Assembly: GCA_036172245.1 (NCBI GenBank) | Contig: JAYWIR010000006.1 | Location: forward strand, 5,332,001-5,396,000 | DNA length: 64,000 bases | Direction of reading: 5' to 3' | Origin: Raillietiella orientalis | Taxonomy: Eukaryota | Shown here: piece after piece, positions 13,280 through 24,900 of the stretch | How positions within the stretch are numbered: position 1 is the first letter of the stretch | How the letters are laid out: every line of letters starts with the position of its first letter | Notes under the pieces: generated by a model | What the model saw: only the letters and a program-made list of their open reading frames with translations | Databases searched by the model: none | What the model was told of the DNA's origin: nothing | Position numbers and translations under genes: made by a program

Positions 13280-13545
13280 AGATAACAAGGAAGAGGAAGT
13301 TCCCTTTGGGGTTTCTTTCGGAGGAGACTGGGGAGAGGGTTCCCTCCAACGCTCAAGAGGAACCGATTCCGCTCCTTTTGCAGCTTTCCTGGATTCGTAG
13401 GGTGGTCCCCTTTCCCGGAGTCCTTCCGGGAATCAGGGACTCGGTTCACTCCTGAGAACAAACAGGAAGCGTCTCTCTCCCCTCCCTGGCGCTCCCTCCG
13501 GATAGAACAAGGAAGAAGAAGTTCCCTTTGAGGTTCTCCCCTTCG
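13280..13545 (+). repeat. Degenerate direct duplication, period ~220 bp
   Basis: AACAAGGAAGAGGAAGTTCCCTTTGGGGTT (~13284) recurs as AACAAGGAAGAAGAAGTTCCCTTTGAGGTT (~13506). Confidence 0.7.
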
Positions 13546-14139
13546 GTCGGACGCACTCCTCGACGCGGCTCTCGAGGCATTCTGAGGTTCGGAGGCTACG
13601 CAGAGAGCCCCGAGGGCGCCATTTCAAACTAAGACGCGGCCGCTGCCTGGCAGCTGCAGCTGCCCAGTTGACGTCATCTGCGTCTCTTTCCTTGTTCTGG
13701 ACCAGCATGTGAGCAAGCCATGGGCCCCTACTCTTCTGGCCGTCATCCAGGGCAGGGAGAGAAGGAGGGGGAGGGGAAGGAATTCCTCAGACCACGTTTC
13801 TCGCACTGTTCCCCGTCTCGAGAGCGACCCCCTCGTTTTCGCGCCAAGAGTTCTCAGGATCTACGGGAGGGCCGCACGGGAGAGGCACGCAGCATTCCTG
13901 GAGGAGTCGCTCGAGGGGGCGAACGGGCCTGGAGCGCCTTCTCCGTTCACCGCGGGCGAGTCCTCCAGCCGCGCCCTTCCACGCGCGCGCCGGGAGCTTT
14001 CCGTCTCCTCTGGAGTCAACTCGGCGACGTCACGTTCCTTTCTCTCCCGCCTGCTTCCCGTTTTCCGGGCGGGAGGCTGCGGTTTCTTCTTCCCCGTCAG
14101 GAGGAAGCTGCTGCGCATTCGCGCCCAGGGTGAACGGTC

Positions 14140-16105
14140 TCTTCGCTCGCGAATCGAACCTGGTGAGCCACCTTGTTTTTGTTTTGGCTCTTCTTTCGAC
14201 ATCTCGAGTGCTACCCTGTCCAGAGGGGCTCGGCGCTCCGCAGTGACGTCACCGTCTCCTCAGCATCCGCGCCATCGATGATCGCGCGGGCGCGCCGCGA
14301 TCACCGAAGAAAGTCCGGGCGCCCCGGTTGCAGGCCAGGCGTCCCCCGCTTGAACGTCCCCGGGTTTGAAAGGACGCTTGAAGGGTCCCACTGTCCTTTA
14401 GAAAAGCCGTCCGTTTGCGGGCAGCAGGATGACCCTGTCGCGCAAGTGGATGCAGCCACTGCCGACGCAGGGACCCTCTCTGTTTGTTTGTTCATGGCCT
14501 TTTGTGACGGCCACCTCGCCCCCAGACTAAGGTCACCAAACACGAGAAGTATGGGAGGGGCGGCGTGCCATTATCTGCCGCCCGCCATCATTCACTTCGC
14601 ACGCCGGCAGTCCACGTGCACCCACGAGGTCTCCCGTGACAGACGCGGGCACAATGCGCCACTTCTTTTCGAGGCAGCAGCCCATTGTCGCAGAGGAAAG
14701 GAACGTGTCCGTCGGCGCTCCTCCGGTGACCCTCGCGTTCGAGTGGTCCCGTCTCCCCCCGGACCGATGGGCCGATTCGGGAATTCGTCCCTCCGGACGA
14801 ATGAGGAAGAAGGAGGTGAGAAAAAAAAAAGAGCAGCCTTGCGTTCCTGCCCTCCAGCCGATTCCTGGTTGCCATCTCATCTCCTGCTCAGCCTCCTAGG
14901 AATCGGCGGTTTCTCTGGTTGCATCCGTTGCCGCGCCCCGAGACTTCCTTCTTGAAGCTCCTCTGGGTTAGCAGACCCAAAGGGAGGCAGTTGCCTACCG
15001 GAAGGCTCCCTATTGCTGAGTGCTCAAGGGTTTTTTTCCAGTCAGATCCGTGTCCTGAGGCGAAAAAAAAACAAGTAGCAGCGTTACTGGGCAAGCGAGG
15101 GATTTTAGTTCGCTTCTCCCTTCCTCCTCCTCCTTTTCTCCTCCCTTCCTCCTCCTCCTCTTTCCGCTCCATTCCTCTTTCGCCGCGCGTCCAAGCTGCA
15201 TCATCCTGGAGCCTGCATCCCTTGGCTGGACGCAGTCCGCCAACTCGAAGCCATGGTCCCACCGAGCTACCAGACTCGGTCTCGGGAGGAAGAAAGAAAA
15301 AGTTGCCTCTTTCCGCACCTGCCTGCCCCAGCGTATCGGCGGGACTCGCCTTCCGTCAGAGCTCGCCGCCCTCGATGGCTTCGCGACGTCATCGCGTTCG
15401 GTCGGATCCGTCGCGACTTCAGCAGCTGGAATCTGGAAGATTCGCTTCGCTCTTCGGACATGCTTCATGGGGGCCTCTGACGCTGCAGAGGTCTCGTCAA
15501 ACCATCGATGAATGCAGTCACCTGGATCCGCTCAAGCAGATCTCTAGGGGTCTAAGAGCGAAGAGACGCACACCCCCGGATCGCCTCAACCACTGAATCG
15601 CCTCGGACGTGTCCTCACTGCCGATGGTCCTCTCTAGAGAGAGAGTGGGGAAGGAGCACTTGAAACCGCTCTTCCTCTCTCCATCCTTTTCGGAGGGTTC
15701 CCGAATGGCTCGGGGCTGCTACGACGCTTGCGAGTTGCGTCGCCCGAGGTCCCTGCGGCTCAGCGTGGCCTTCCGAGGACGGCGAGTTCGCCTCGGAGGC
15801 TGCTCAATCCGGATCGCGCAGGCGTAGCTGCCGCTGCGCCTGCCAGAAGCAAGGCCGTCGCGCGCTTTCCTCTCCCCCTTATCCCTCCTCTTCCTCCCTT
15901 CCGCTCTCCAGCAGGTGGAACTGAGCGGCTCTCCTCTGACTCGCGAGCGCCCTTTGAAAAACCTCTCTGGAAAACGACAGATCTCACAGCACCTGAGCTC
16001 CTCTAAGCAGAGCAGTACTCGAGAGAGGAGAACTCAGCCTTCGAGATGTCGAAAGAGCCAAAAAAAAAACAAGGTGGCACACCAGGTTCGATTCGCAAGC
16101 CAAGA
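14140..16105. repeat. Diverged ~65-bp inverted repeat pair (14140-14207 / 16041-16105)
   Basis: TCTTCGCTCGCGAATCGAACCTGGTGAGCCACCTTGTTTTTGTTTTGGCTCTTCTTTCGACATCTCGA matches the reverse complement of TCGAGATGTCGAAAGAGCCAAAAAAAAAACAAGGTGGCACACCAGGTTCGATTCGCAAGCCAAGA. Confidence 0.85.
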
Positions 16106-19100
16106 CGAAGGAATAACTTCTGCGATGGCTCAAGTGCGCCGTCGGAGGCAACTCCTTGCCCCCGGTGCGCTACAAAAGCGCCGATCAGCTGGAAGAGATT
16201 TTCCCAAATGGTTCGGTGATCCCGGAGTTCCCTCCCTTTTCGATCCTTTCGCTCCGTTGGTGCCGCAGCCGCTGCCAGCAACGCAGAATGGAAGAGGGCG
16301 CGGCGGCAAGGGCGCGGCGGCAAGGGCGGAGGGGCGGTCGCTAGCAGCGGCAGGCACCACGGTCAATGCCAGAATCAGGTGCTCCGGAGGCTGCAAACCG
16401 ACGAGCGGTGTCGCGGAAGGCGGACCACCATGAGACGCTCCCGGCGAGGGCAGCAGCTTCGGGGCGCTCGGAGTTGAGGCTAGCGGCAGTAGCTAAGACG
16501 ACCCGACAACCTGAGCAGGGTAGTGGGCAGCCACAGGCACGCTACACGCTGCACTGGGGCCAGGGGTCAGGAACAAATAGATCCTACCATAGTCAAGACA
16601 GCAGCATTGGCAGCAGGCCTCAGAGTCCTCCAAGTCGAGACGGGACAGAGGCGGCAGCACGTGCCACGGCAACGACAACAACGGAGGGAGCAAAAGTGGA
16701 CAAAGGGTGTCCGAGTGAATGCAGGAAGTTCGGCCGACTCAGCCAGAGAGGCGTTCACAGATAGTGCAGTGACTGGTATCACAGCAACGGCAGAAGAGGT
16801 GGACGACACAGGGATTGCAGCGGAACACCAGAGGAGGCGTGAGCTCTTCTGTCCAACTACGCCGCGAGGCGCCTGACCAGTTTGGAAAATCTGGTCGAAA
16901 AGTCGCGCTTCCTACGACCGTCATTAGAACGGAGCTCCTGGATCGGGGAGCAGGTTCTCGGAACTCCTGGAGATCTCTGGCTGTCACGCGCAGCTCTGGT
17001 TCCGTGAGCGACGTCCCGTGCTCAACCAGGAGGCAACCGAGCGGAAGTCGCGGAGCGGTCCGGGTCAAACCGTGCCGGCCTCTTCGTAAAGACGACGGGT
17101 CGTGTCTCACCTCCTCCTCCTCTGCCCAGAAGATACGCTGTCGGAACCTGCTCAGACCGTTCGCCGCAGCTGGCAACAGAGCCCCCTCTCGGAAAGAGCA
17201 AGCGAAGTTTTCCCGTTAACCCTTCCCCATTCGAGCTGGAACCCAATCGAGACATCTTGGCTTCTGGAAGAAAAGAGGAGTACAGAACGCTCCGGTCCCT
17301 TCCCCTGACCGCCTTCTTCCTTCTCCCCTTCCCCCCCCCCCCACCAATTGTACCCACTCCGCGCAAAGGGAGCAGAGCATCGCTCCAGCATCTGCGGCTT
17401 CCGAGGCTGCTGCCACCGTTGCCAGGTCCCCCTGCGCATCCCCCGACTGCTCTTTTCGCGCGACATATGGATCAAGGTGGCAGCGGATCCATCGGGGACG
17501 GCTAATACATCCTGCTGCACTCCGAAGATAAGATCGAGGACGGGGGAAGATGCGTGGTCCATTACGCGATAATTGCGTCTCCGGAATCGCATTGTTGACG
17601 TTATCTCTACCCCCGCTTAATGAGGCGCGCGCGTACACGAAGCGCGATCGAATTACCGCCCTAATTCGATTTGCCGTCGATGGATCGGCCGCATCGATAG
17701 CTGAAGAGCGAACCACCTGTGAGCTGTTGCAATCTGTTGCGATGACAACGGCGGCAGCGGGGTGTTCCCAGAGCAAACATGGGCGCGCGCGCGAGGGAGC
17801 ATTAGTGGAATTGGCGTCCGCAGAGGTAGCGGCGGCGGCCGGGTGCGCAGCGACATGCCACCTCCTGGGAGCGGCCGACCCGGGGAAGGAAAGGGATTTT
17901 ACTCTCCTTCTGTCCTCTGTCCTCCCTTCCTTTCCAGTCCGAGAGCCGCGACGGGGAAGAGGAGGGGAAGATCCGCTTGCCTGCGGGCGGCGAGCCGCAT
18001 CCGGCGAGGGAGTGCCACCACCGCGTCTGTGCGTGAAGGTGAGAGGCTGGGAAGAAAACACCTCCCGGCAAGAGTGGGGGATCCCTGCGACCGCAGCGCC
18101 TACCACCCTCCGGTCACGGGCGGACGTCAACTCTAGCGCGATGGACCGCCAGCAAACAGCTACAGGCGACAGGCGCGTGCCGGGGGACGCGGGGTTTCCA
18201 CCGCGAACACCGCCGGGTCACTCCGCTCACCTTCTGTTCCCTTTCCCCCCCCCCCGCCTCTTCCCAGAAAGACCAAGGTGGCGCTCCGCTTCTCGGTGGA
18301 GCGAATAGGCTCGCGCGGGTGAGCGACCTCATGGGAGCTGCGGCTGCGGAAGTTGTGTCTTTAGCTTTTCGAAGACCCCAGTGCTCCGAAGAAGGTCCTC
18401 CTCGCACCTTCTTCCCCCGTCGGACACCCCGGCCTCGCGGATACCCTGCAGGACCCTTCGATCCTTCCCTAGCGGGGAAGGATTTCCGGGGCGCACCCCC
18501 GCGCGCTTCCCACCCCAGGGTCGCAGGGTGAGCCGTGGCTTCTCGGCCATGCAGACGGGTGCCTGGGCTCTCCCATAGGGGACGGTGCGCGCACGCGGGG
18601 CAGGGAAGGCGCGACGGGCTGACGGAGGCGACAGCAGCAGCTGCTGCCGCTTCTCCCCCCACTCATCCTGACCCCGGCCCTTCCCTTCCTCTCTGCCTTC
18701 CCCTCTGAGATGGCCAGGTGGAGAATGTCGGCCCGTGCGCGCTCCGCCAACCGCAGAGTCACCCCACCGCCTCCTCGGAGGAAGGGGAGGGAGAGAGGGG
18801 GGGAGCGCAGGTTGCGGATCCCCGCAGCGCCCTCTATCGCGGCGCAAGGCGTCCCACTTCTGTCTGACCCCCGAACTCGGCACACCCTGCGGCGTCCCCT
18901 CTTCCTCCCCCCCGCTCCGCACCTCATTCGCACGCTCGGTTCCCCAGAAGTGACGGAGGAAGAAGAGTGGGATGCAAAGGGGACCCTCCCCTTCCCCTCG
19001 CCTCCCACAGGACTCCGGGCGCGAGAGAGTTCAGCGCGCCCACCTTCCCTCGATGGGTGAGTGGATGGAGTGTGTGCGCGCGGACTCGGCCCTCTTCCGG

Positions 19101-20889
19101 AAGGGACGGAAGGGAAGTGCGGGCTGACCACTAGGTGCTCTCAGGAAGAGCTGCCAGAGGGCACCAAGACGCTTGCTGGGGAGGCGGAACCGGGTCCAAA
19201 GGAGGAGCAGGGGGACGGCTATCGCAGTCGGCGGGAGCCGACACGTCCCCGTCGCCATGGGTCTCTCGGGTCCTTCAGCATCAGGAGCCACCCATGAGGC
19301 TGCGAAAGAGCGCAGCAGCGCACTGAGCCTTTGGAGCCATTCCCCTCCCCTGGCCTTGCTTGAGACCGGAAAGGAGCTTTCAGGAACCTCCGAGGGGCCC
19401 CGGAAGCGAGCGAAAGGGGTCCGGCGAATCCGGGAGATTGCACCACCCCTCTTTCTTCCAAGGGTCGCGCTCCAGTCCTCCCCACTCGCCCCGCTCCCGC
19501 TGCAGCGCCTCCTGCAGGTTGCGCGACCGCGTCCCACCCGTGCATCCCCTCCCCCCTTTCCTTCCTCGTCGACCCATTCCTGCCATTTTCTCCTCCGGGG
19601 ACTCTCCGTGCCCTGTCCCTGTCCGGGAACAAGGGCCGGCTCCTGGATGCCGTGGCTTTGCGCCTCCACGGTTGCGACGAGGATTCGCTGCTCCTCCTTC
19701 CGGTTGCTTTCCGTCCCCCCCCCCGCCATTCGGAGTCTCTCTTTGAAGGCTCTTGGCCTCCATCCGCCGCCTTCTGAACCTCCCCCGCACTCCTCCGCCC
19801 AAATGCCAGGAAGGTACGGAGGGGGGGGGAGGCTCCGGGCGGCGGCGCCAGCGCTTCCGAGACTCCCGCCGAGACGCGGTAGCCTGGGAAACGGGACCTC
19901 CCGGCCGCGCAATTTCGGGTCCGCCACCGGGACTCCGGAGAAGGGAAGCGAGGAAGGAGCTGCCGACGGCGATTGGTGGGGGTGCTCGACCTGGAAGACG
20001 CGGTGACTGCTCCCCATCGCGGCGTCCCCGGACCCATTTCCGCATGTGTGCGCTGGGACGCCGCTGCTGCTCCTCGTTATCCCGTTCCTCTCGCCGGGTT
20101 CCCGGGACGGCGAATTTTTCGACGCTTCGACCTCGGATGAAATCCCCCCCCCCCCTTCCCATCTCCCATAAATCAGGCAGCACCTCCGAGCCTGCCGCTG
20201 ACGCTCCTCTCGAAGACGATCCGGCGCGGAGCACCCGTGACCGGAGCCGCTCCATGTATGACTGCACGCGCGGCGAACGCGTCTCCCATCCCGGGACGCT
20301 TCCGTCCGATGAGTTATTGCTCCGGTAGAGGAGGGAATCCGCGCCCAGGGAAACGCTGGAGACGTCGGCAGCTTCAAAGAGGGATCGAAGCGGTTCCGCG
20401 TGCACCTCCCAGATCCCGGAGCGCCCTCCCTGCCGCGGGGTGTCAATTAAAACTGGCAAACGACCCCTCTCTTTCGCGCGCGCGTAGCCCGCCTACCTCA
20501 GAGCGCCCAGTTTCTGTTTTCGCTCCCTTCCTCCCAGATTTCTTCCTTTTAAGGCGTGGGGTGGTAGTGGAGGGTTTTTTTTTTTCTTTTTTCCTGGTCC
20601 TCAAGGGGTTCCTCCTCCCCAGGGAAGACTCGCCAAGCTCTTCTTTGATACCGTCCAAACCCGAGAGGTCACGCGTAGCAACTCTTCAATCCCGGAGGGA
20701 GACCGCCCTGTGAATCCAGGGAGGGTCCCGAGGAGGAAGCAGTCCCGTTCCTCCCTGTTCCTTGGGAGGAAACCCTCTCCCCGGTCGTCTCCGATCTCCC
20801 CCCCTCCGGGCACGCCGGAGGGTCATTAAAATTTAAAGTCAACTCATACATAGGCTGTGGTAGGATGCGTGGTCCTACCTCACTCCGTC

Positions 20890-21660
20890 CGTCCACGGAA
20901 CTGTCAAGTCGCCGGTATACGCGGACCGATGGGGGTCACCTCGTTAGCCGGAGGGGAAAGGGGAGGGAGAAAACAAAAATAAAAAAGAAAGTGTAGATAA
21001 AGATCTTTGGTAGGGTCGGTAAGGGACCACTATCCATTGTAGGGAGTCTACATCCTTTCCAGGATGAAGGTTAGTTCCGTCCGAATGGCTCCCAGGTGGA
21101 GCCATCTAGCACCGCCATCCGCGAAAAGCGAACTGCGGACTGGACGGCGTCCATCCCGTCTCCCCCTCTGTCGTCTTCGGTCCAGACCGCTACGATCCCG
21201 CGGATGCAGCAAAGCGCTGCTGGAGCTGAGGCTGGCTTCAGGGTACCCTGTACGGAGAGGAGCCGTGAAACATCCGGGATCCGTAGGGTGGGTCGTTCTT
21301 AAACGTTCCGAAAGGAGCTGGAGGGCAACCCAGTCCACTAGCAGGTGGGAGAGGGATTCCCGTTCCCCGCACCTGAGGCAGTCCGGGCTCGCCCTCCCCA
21401 GCGTCCAATGATGTCGCCGTGCGTTTCAGGAAGATCCCAGTGCAACAGCGGAAGCACTGCCTCCTGCCACTTTCGAGGGAGGGCGCTGCTGCTCCTGATC
21501 ACTGGAAACCACTCCAGATCTTCACTAAGAACTCCCGGCAGCTCGTCCCGGCCCTGTAATCCGCGTGGAAGGGCACACGGAGTCGCAGCATCCTCCAGAT
21601 TACCCACGATCCATGCACTCATCAGCTTCCTCCTGACTGCGATCTCGCAGGAGACTTCCC
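20890..21660 (-). mobile_element. 3' fragment of the same L1/Tx1-like LINE family
   Basis: Minus-strand peptides LPRKWQEAVLPLLHWDLP, SPDCLRCGERESLSHLLVDW (zinc finger with a C->W change) and ARWLHLGAIRTELTFILERM*. Nucleotide similarity to 56600-56850. Confidence 0.65.
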
Positions 21661-21694
21661 ACCTGGTTGTCTCTGAAGAAAATCCCGAAAAACT

Positions 21695-21945
21695 CCTGAA
21701 TTCCTGGAAGGACCCGGGAGGAATCAGCTTGTGATCCTGCCCAGTAAGCTGGGGGCCATCGTGGGGTTTCTGGTTTCCACAAGTGGTCGCGCCCGAGGCC
21801 AACCAGCGTCATCCTGTGAAGACACTCGAAACCCGTGACCCACCCATTTCCCTGAGTCGATCCTTCCTTGGGCAGGATTCGAACCCGCGATGCCTGGTCT
21901 CACGCGCGGCGAGACGGCAGCCACGCAGCCCCAGGCGGGCTCGGA
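21695..21945 (-). mobile_element. tRNA-derived SINE, copy 2
   Basis: GGGTTCGAATCCTGCC on the minus strand (~21886-21871) and a body homologous to 12760-13010. Confidence 0.65.
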
Positions 21946-24900
21946 ACAGAGTGTCTTCTCGTAAAAGAAAAAGGAACGCAATCCTCGGGCTCCACGCGAC
22001 GGTCATGTTTGCCTTGCGTTCGTTGTGCCCATCTCCATACCTCCGCCTCCTCATCCCGTGCTTCACCTGGAAGCTCTCCACGCGGAAAGTCTTCTGCGGA
22101 AAAACCTCGGAAGGATCCAACGGGAGCTCCCCCGTCTCGAGAGGGGAATCCGCAGCGCTCACGGGAGAGCAGCGACGAACATGGCCGCCTCGCAGCAGCG
22201 CGGATCGGGCGCGACCTTTCTGCGCCGAAGCTTCCAGAGGAAGAATGGGGGGGGGGGGAGGGAAGAGGGCGACCCGTTGCATCGCCGACTTTTTCCCAGG
22301 AGTCTCGACTGGTTCCCAAACGCCTGCTGCCGCTGCTGCAAGGAAACCTCGCTCGTTACAAAAAAAAGGCCTTCTTCCCGATCGCTTCCAGATCCATCCA
22401 GTTGATGGGGATCCTGCAGCCGGGAGTGAGGCAAACACACACACCACACATAATGCGCTCATAAGGAATGGGCAGGCGGAGCTAAAAACAAAAACAAAAA
22501 CAACAAACGCGGGGTAGAAGGAAATGAAAGTTTGGTAGGAAGAAAGGAGGGGGAAGGGGAGAGACCCGTGATCCAGAAATAGCGCAAAGCGAACGGAATA
22601 AATCGAAAAATGGAGCAATCGAATCAGCAGTTATTTGATTGCACACATCATTCATTGTGGATGGATGTCCGTACCTTCCGGAAGCCGAAAATCAAAGCGC
22701 GCGTTTGTTTTTATTTTTACTTCTCCTCCTCCTCTTCCTCTCCCTTTTCCTTTCCGGCTTCTCTCGGGATTTTTTGTTCCCTCTCTCCCCTCTCTTTTTT
22801 TTTTTTTTAAATCGCCGTCCATTGCCTGGAGACCCGAAAGCTTCGTAGGCGTGCTATGTACAAGAAAACGTGGTCGAAGACTGGGAGCGTCGTAATCTGC
22901 AGGCCGCACTGAGGTGCAGAGGAAGAGCTCAGCATCCTCGGTGGCGAAGGGCGAGCCGCCTTTCCGAACCACAGCAAACGAGCAGCCGAGCTGCAGAGAC
23001 CGAGTGGAGCGCCGCCGAGATGGACGGGCGTGGTCCGTACGGAATTGTGATAGGTAGGGCCGCGCCATTCCCGGAGAAGAATTCAAACCACGGGAAAGGA
23101 GAGGAGGAAGAAGGAGAAGAAGAAGAGCGAGATGCGCCGCAACCAATGAGTCTCGGGCGACTGAAGCGGACTGGCGTGCTGACTGGCAGTTCATAGAGCC
23201 AAAACTCGGAGCCAGGCGAGCCGCGGGTCGAGGCGCGTTTGGCGCGGGATCACCTAGGCAACAACCAGATACAGCAGCACAGCGGGCTGGGGCGAAGCTT
23301 TTCCAGCTGACGATAGTCGCATCCCTGACTGTTATATTGTTCTTGTGCGAAGCTGAGCTCAAGGAACCATCTGGGGCCCCCTGGGAGGCTCGGACGGGGG
23401 CTCGCAGTGGCCGCGGAGATGAGCACAAGCCAGTGGCAAACCCCCCTTAGGCGAGAGGGTTTGCCCTCCTTCTTAAGCCCGGAGGGCAGCGAGACCGACG
23501 TTGGATATCCTGCCTTCGTGAAGGAAGGAGCATCCAGAGAGGACCGGGAGACCATGCTGGACAACTCGAGCACCTCCACATTGGAGAACTGCGTGGGGGT
23601 GATTCTCTCGATCGACTCCACGGAAACGCCGGCTACCCCGTGGAGTGCGATCTTTTCTCCTCTCTCCCCCGCACTCCAAAGAGCGGCCTGAGGCACCCAT
23701 CGCCGTCCGGGAACAAGGCTCGGAGTGCTCAGACGTCCGGAGGTCAGGCGAGAATGGGGGATCGCCGCTCCGAAAGCGCACCTAAACTCCACCGGGCCGG
23801 GGACCGCGACTGCCCCTCCTCGGTAGACCCGAGCTGCAAGAAGTCTGCGAGGCGCGCAGGCGGCCGGCCGGCGCGCTCCCGGACGTCCCGTGAAAGGGGA
23901 AGCACCGGAACGCTACCCGGTCGCGGAGGAGGCGCGCGCCGGCACGCGAACGCCGGGGGCGCAGGAGGGGAGAGGACGCCGAACCAGCCGCGAGCGTCCA
24001 TTTCCCCCCGCCGCCCGTTCCAGGAGTCCCGTGGATCTCCGGAGGGATTTCGGAGAGGAGAGAAACAGAGGGGATGAACGGGGGACTTTCTTAGCTTCCC
24101 CTTTCCACGAGGAACTTTCCAAAGGAAATCAGCGACTGCGCCTGGGGGGACCTCTGTCGCTCCATTTTTCCCTCGGGAGGAACCCTGCTCCACCTCCGCG
24201 TCTGGGAGGCCGGGCCCTTCCCTAGTCGAGTGCTCCCTCGAGACGCCGAGGAACAACTGGAGATGGGCGGGGAGAAGGAATCCCCTCCTCCTCCTCATCA
24301 TCATCATCCTCTTCCTCCTCTCCAGCACTCCCCACAGCACCATCCCATCGCCTCCGCCGCTGCTGTTTCGGTCGCCGTGGCGACGGTTGAGAAAAGGGAA
24401 GCATCCGACGCGGCGGGATCAAAAGGAGCGGTCACGGATGCCGGGGATTCCGCCGGTTCGAGGAGCCGCAACGCTCGCCCGCCCGCCCCGCCGCCCCTGT
24501 TTGCCTCCGCCGCGCGCGCGGGGCGAAAACACATGTCGTTCATTACGCTCACCCGGAGGGCGGCGTTCCCGGAGAAGGGAGGGAGGGAGGGAGGAAGGGA
24601 GCAACCTCCTCCTCGCCACAGAGGCAAGGATCTCTCGCTCACTCCCATTGCACAGGGGCGACGCCGACCATAGCGACGAGCGGCATCCATTCCCTTCCAT
24701 CCTTGCTCAGCAACCAAGAGCGGGAGCAGGGGAAGAGGGAGGGAGGAGCAGAAACAGGAGCAGAGCGCGGCGTTCTTTTTCCCGCAACCGATGCGTCCGG
24801 ACGGAAGATTGCTATCGCGAACCGATCGCTCGTCAGCCCGCCGTAACCGTGGAAACGACCATCATCCTTGAAGGGAGATCGATCTTCGGGGCGTGGAACG

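Noticed and set aside
19031..20459. Overlapping 270-470 aa ORFs on both strands (also 25921-27216, 27341-28348, 31572-32603)
   Set aside because: R/G/P/S-rich translations expected from stop-poor GC-rich DNA; no motifs or splice support.
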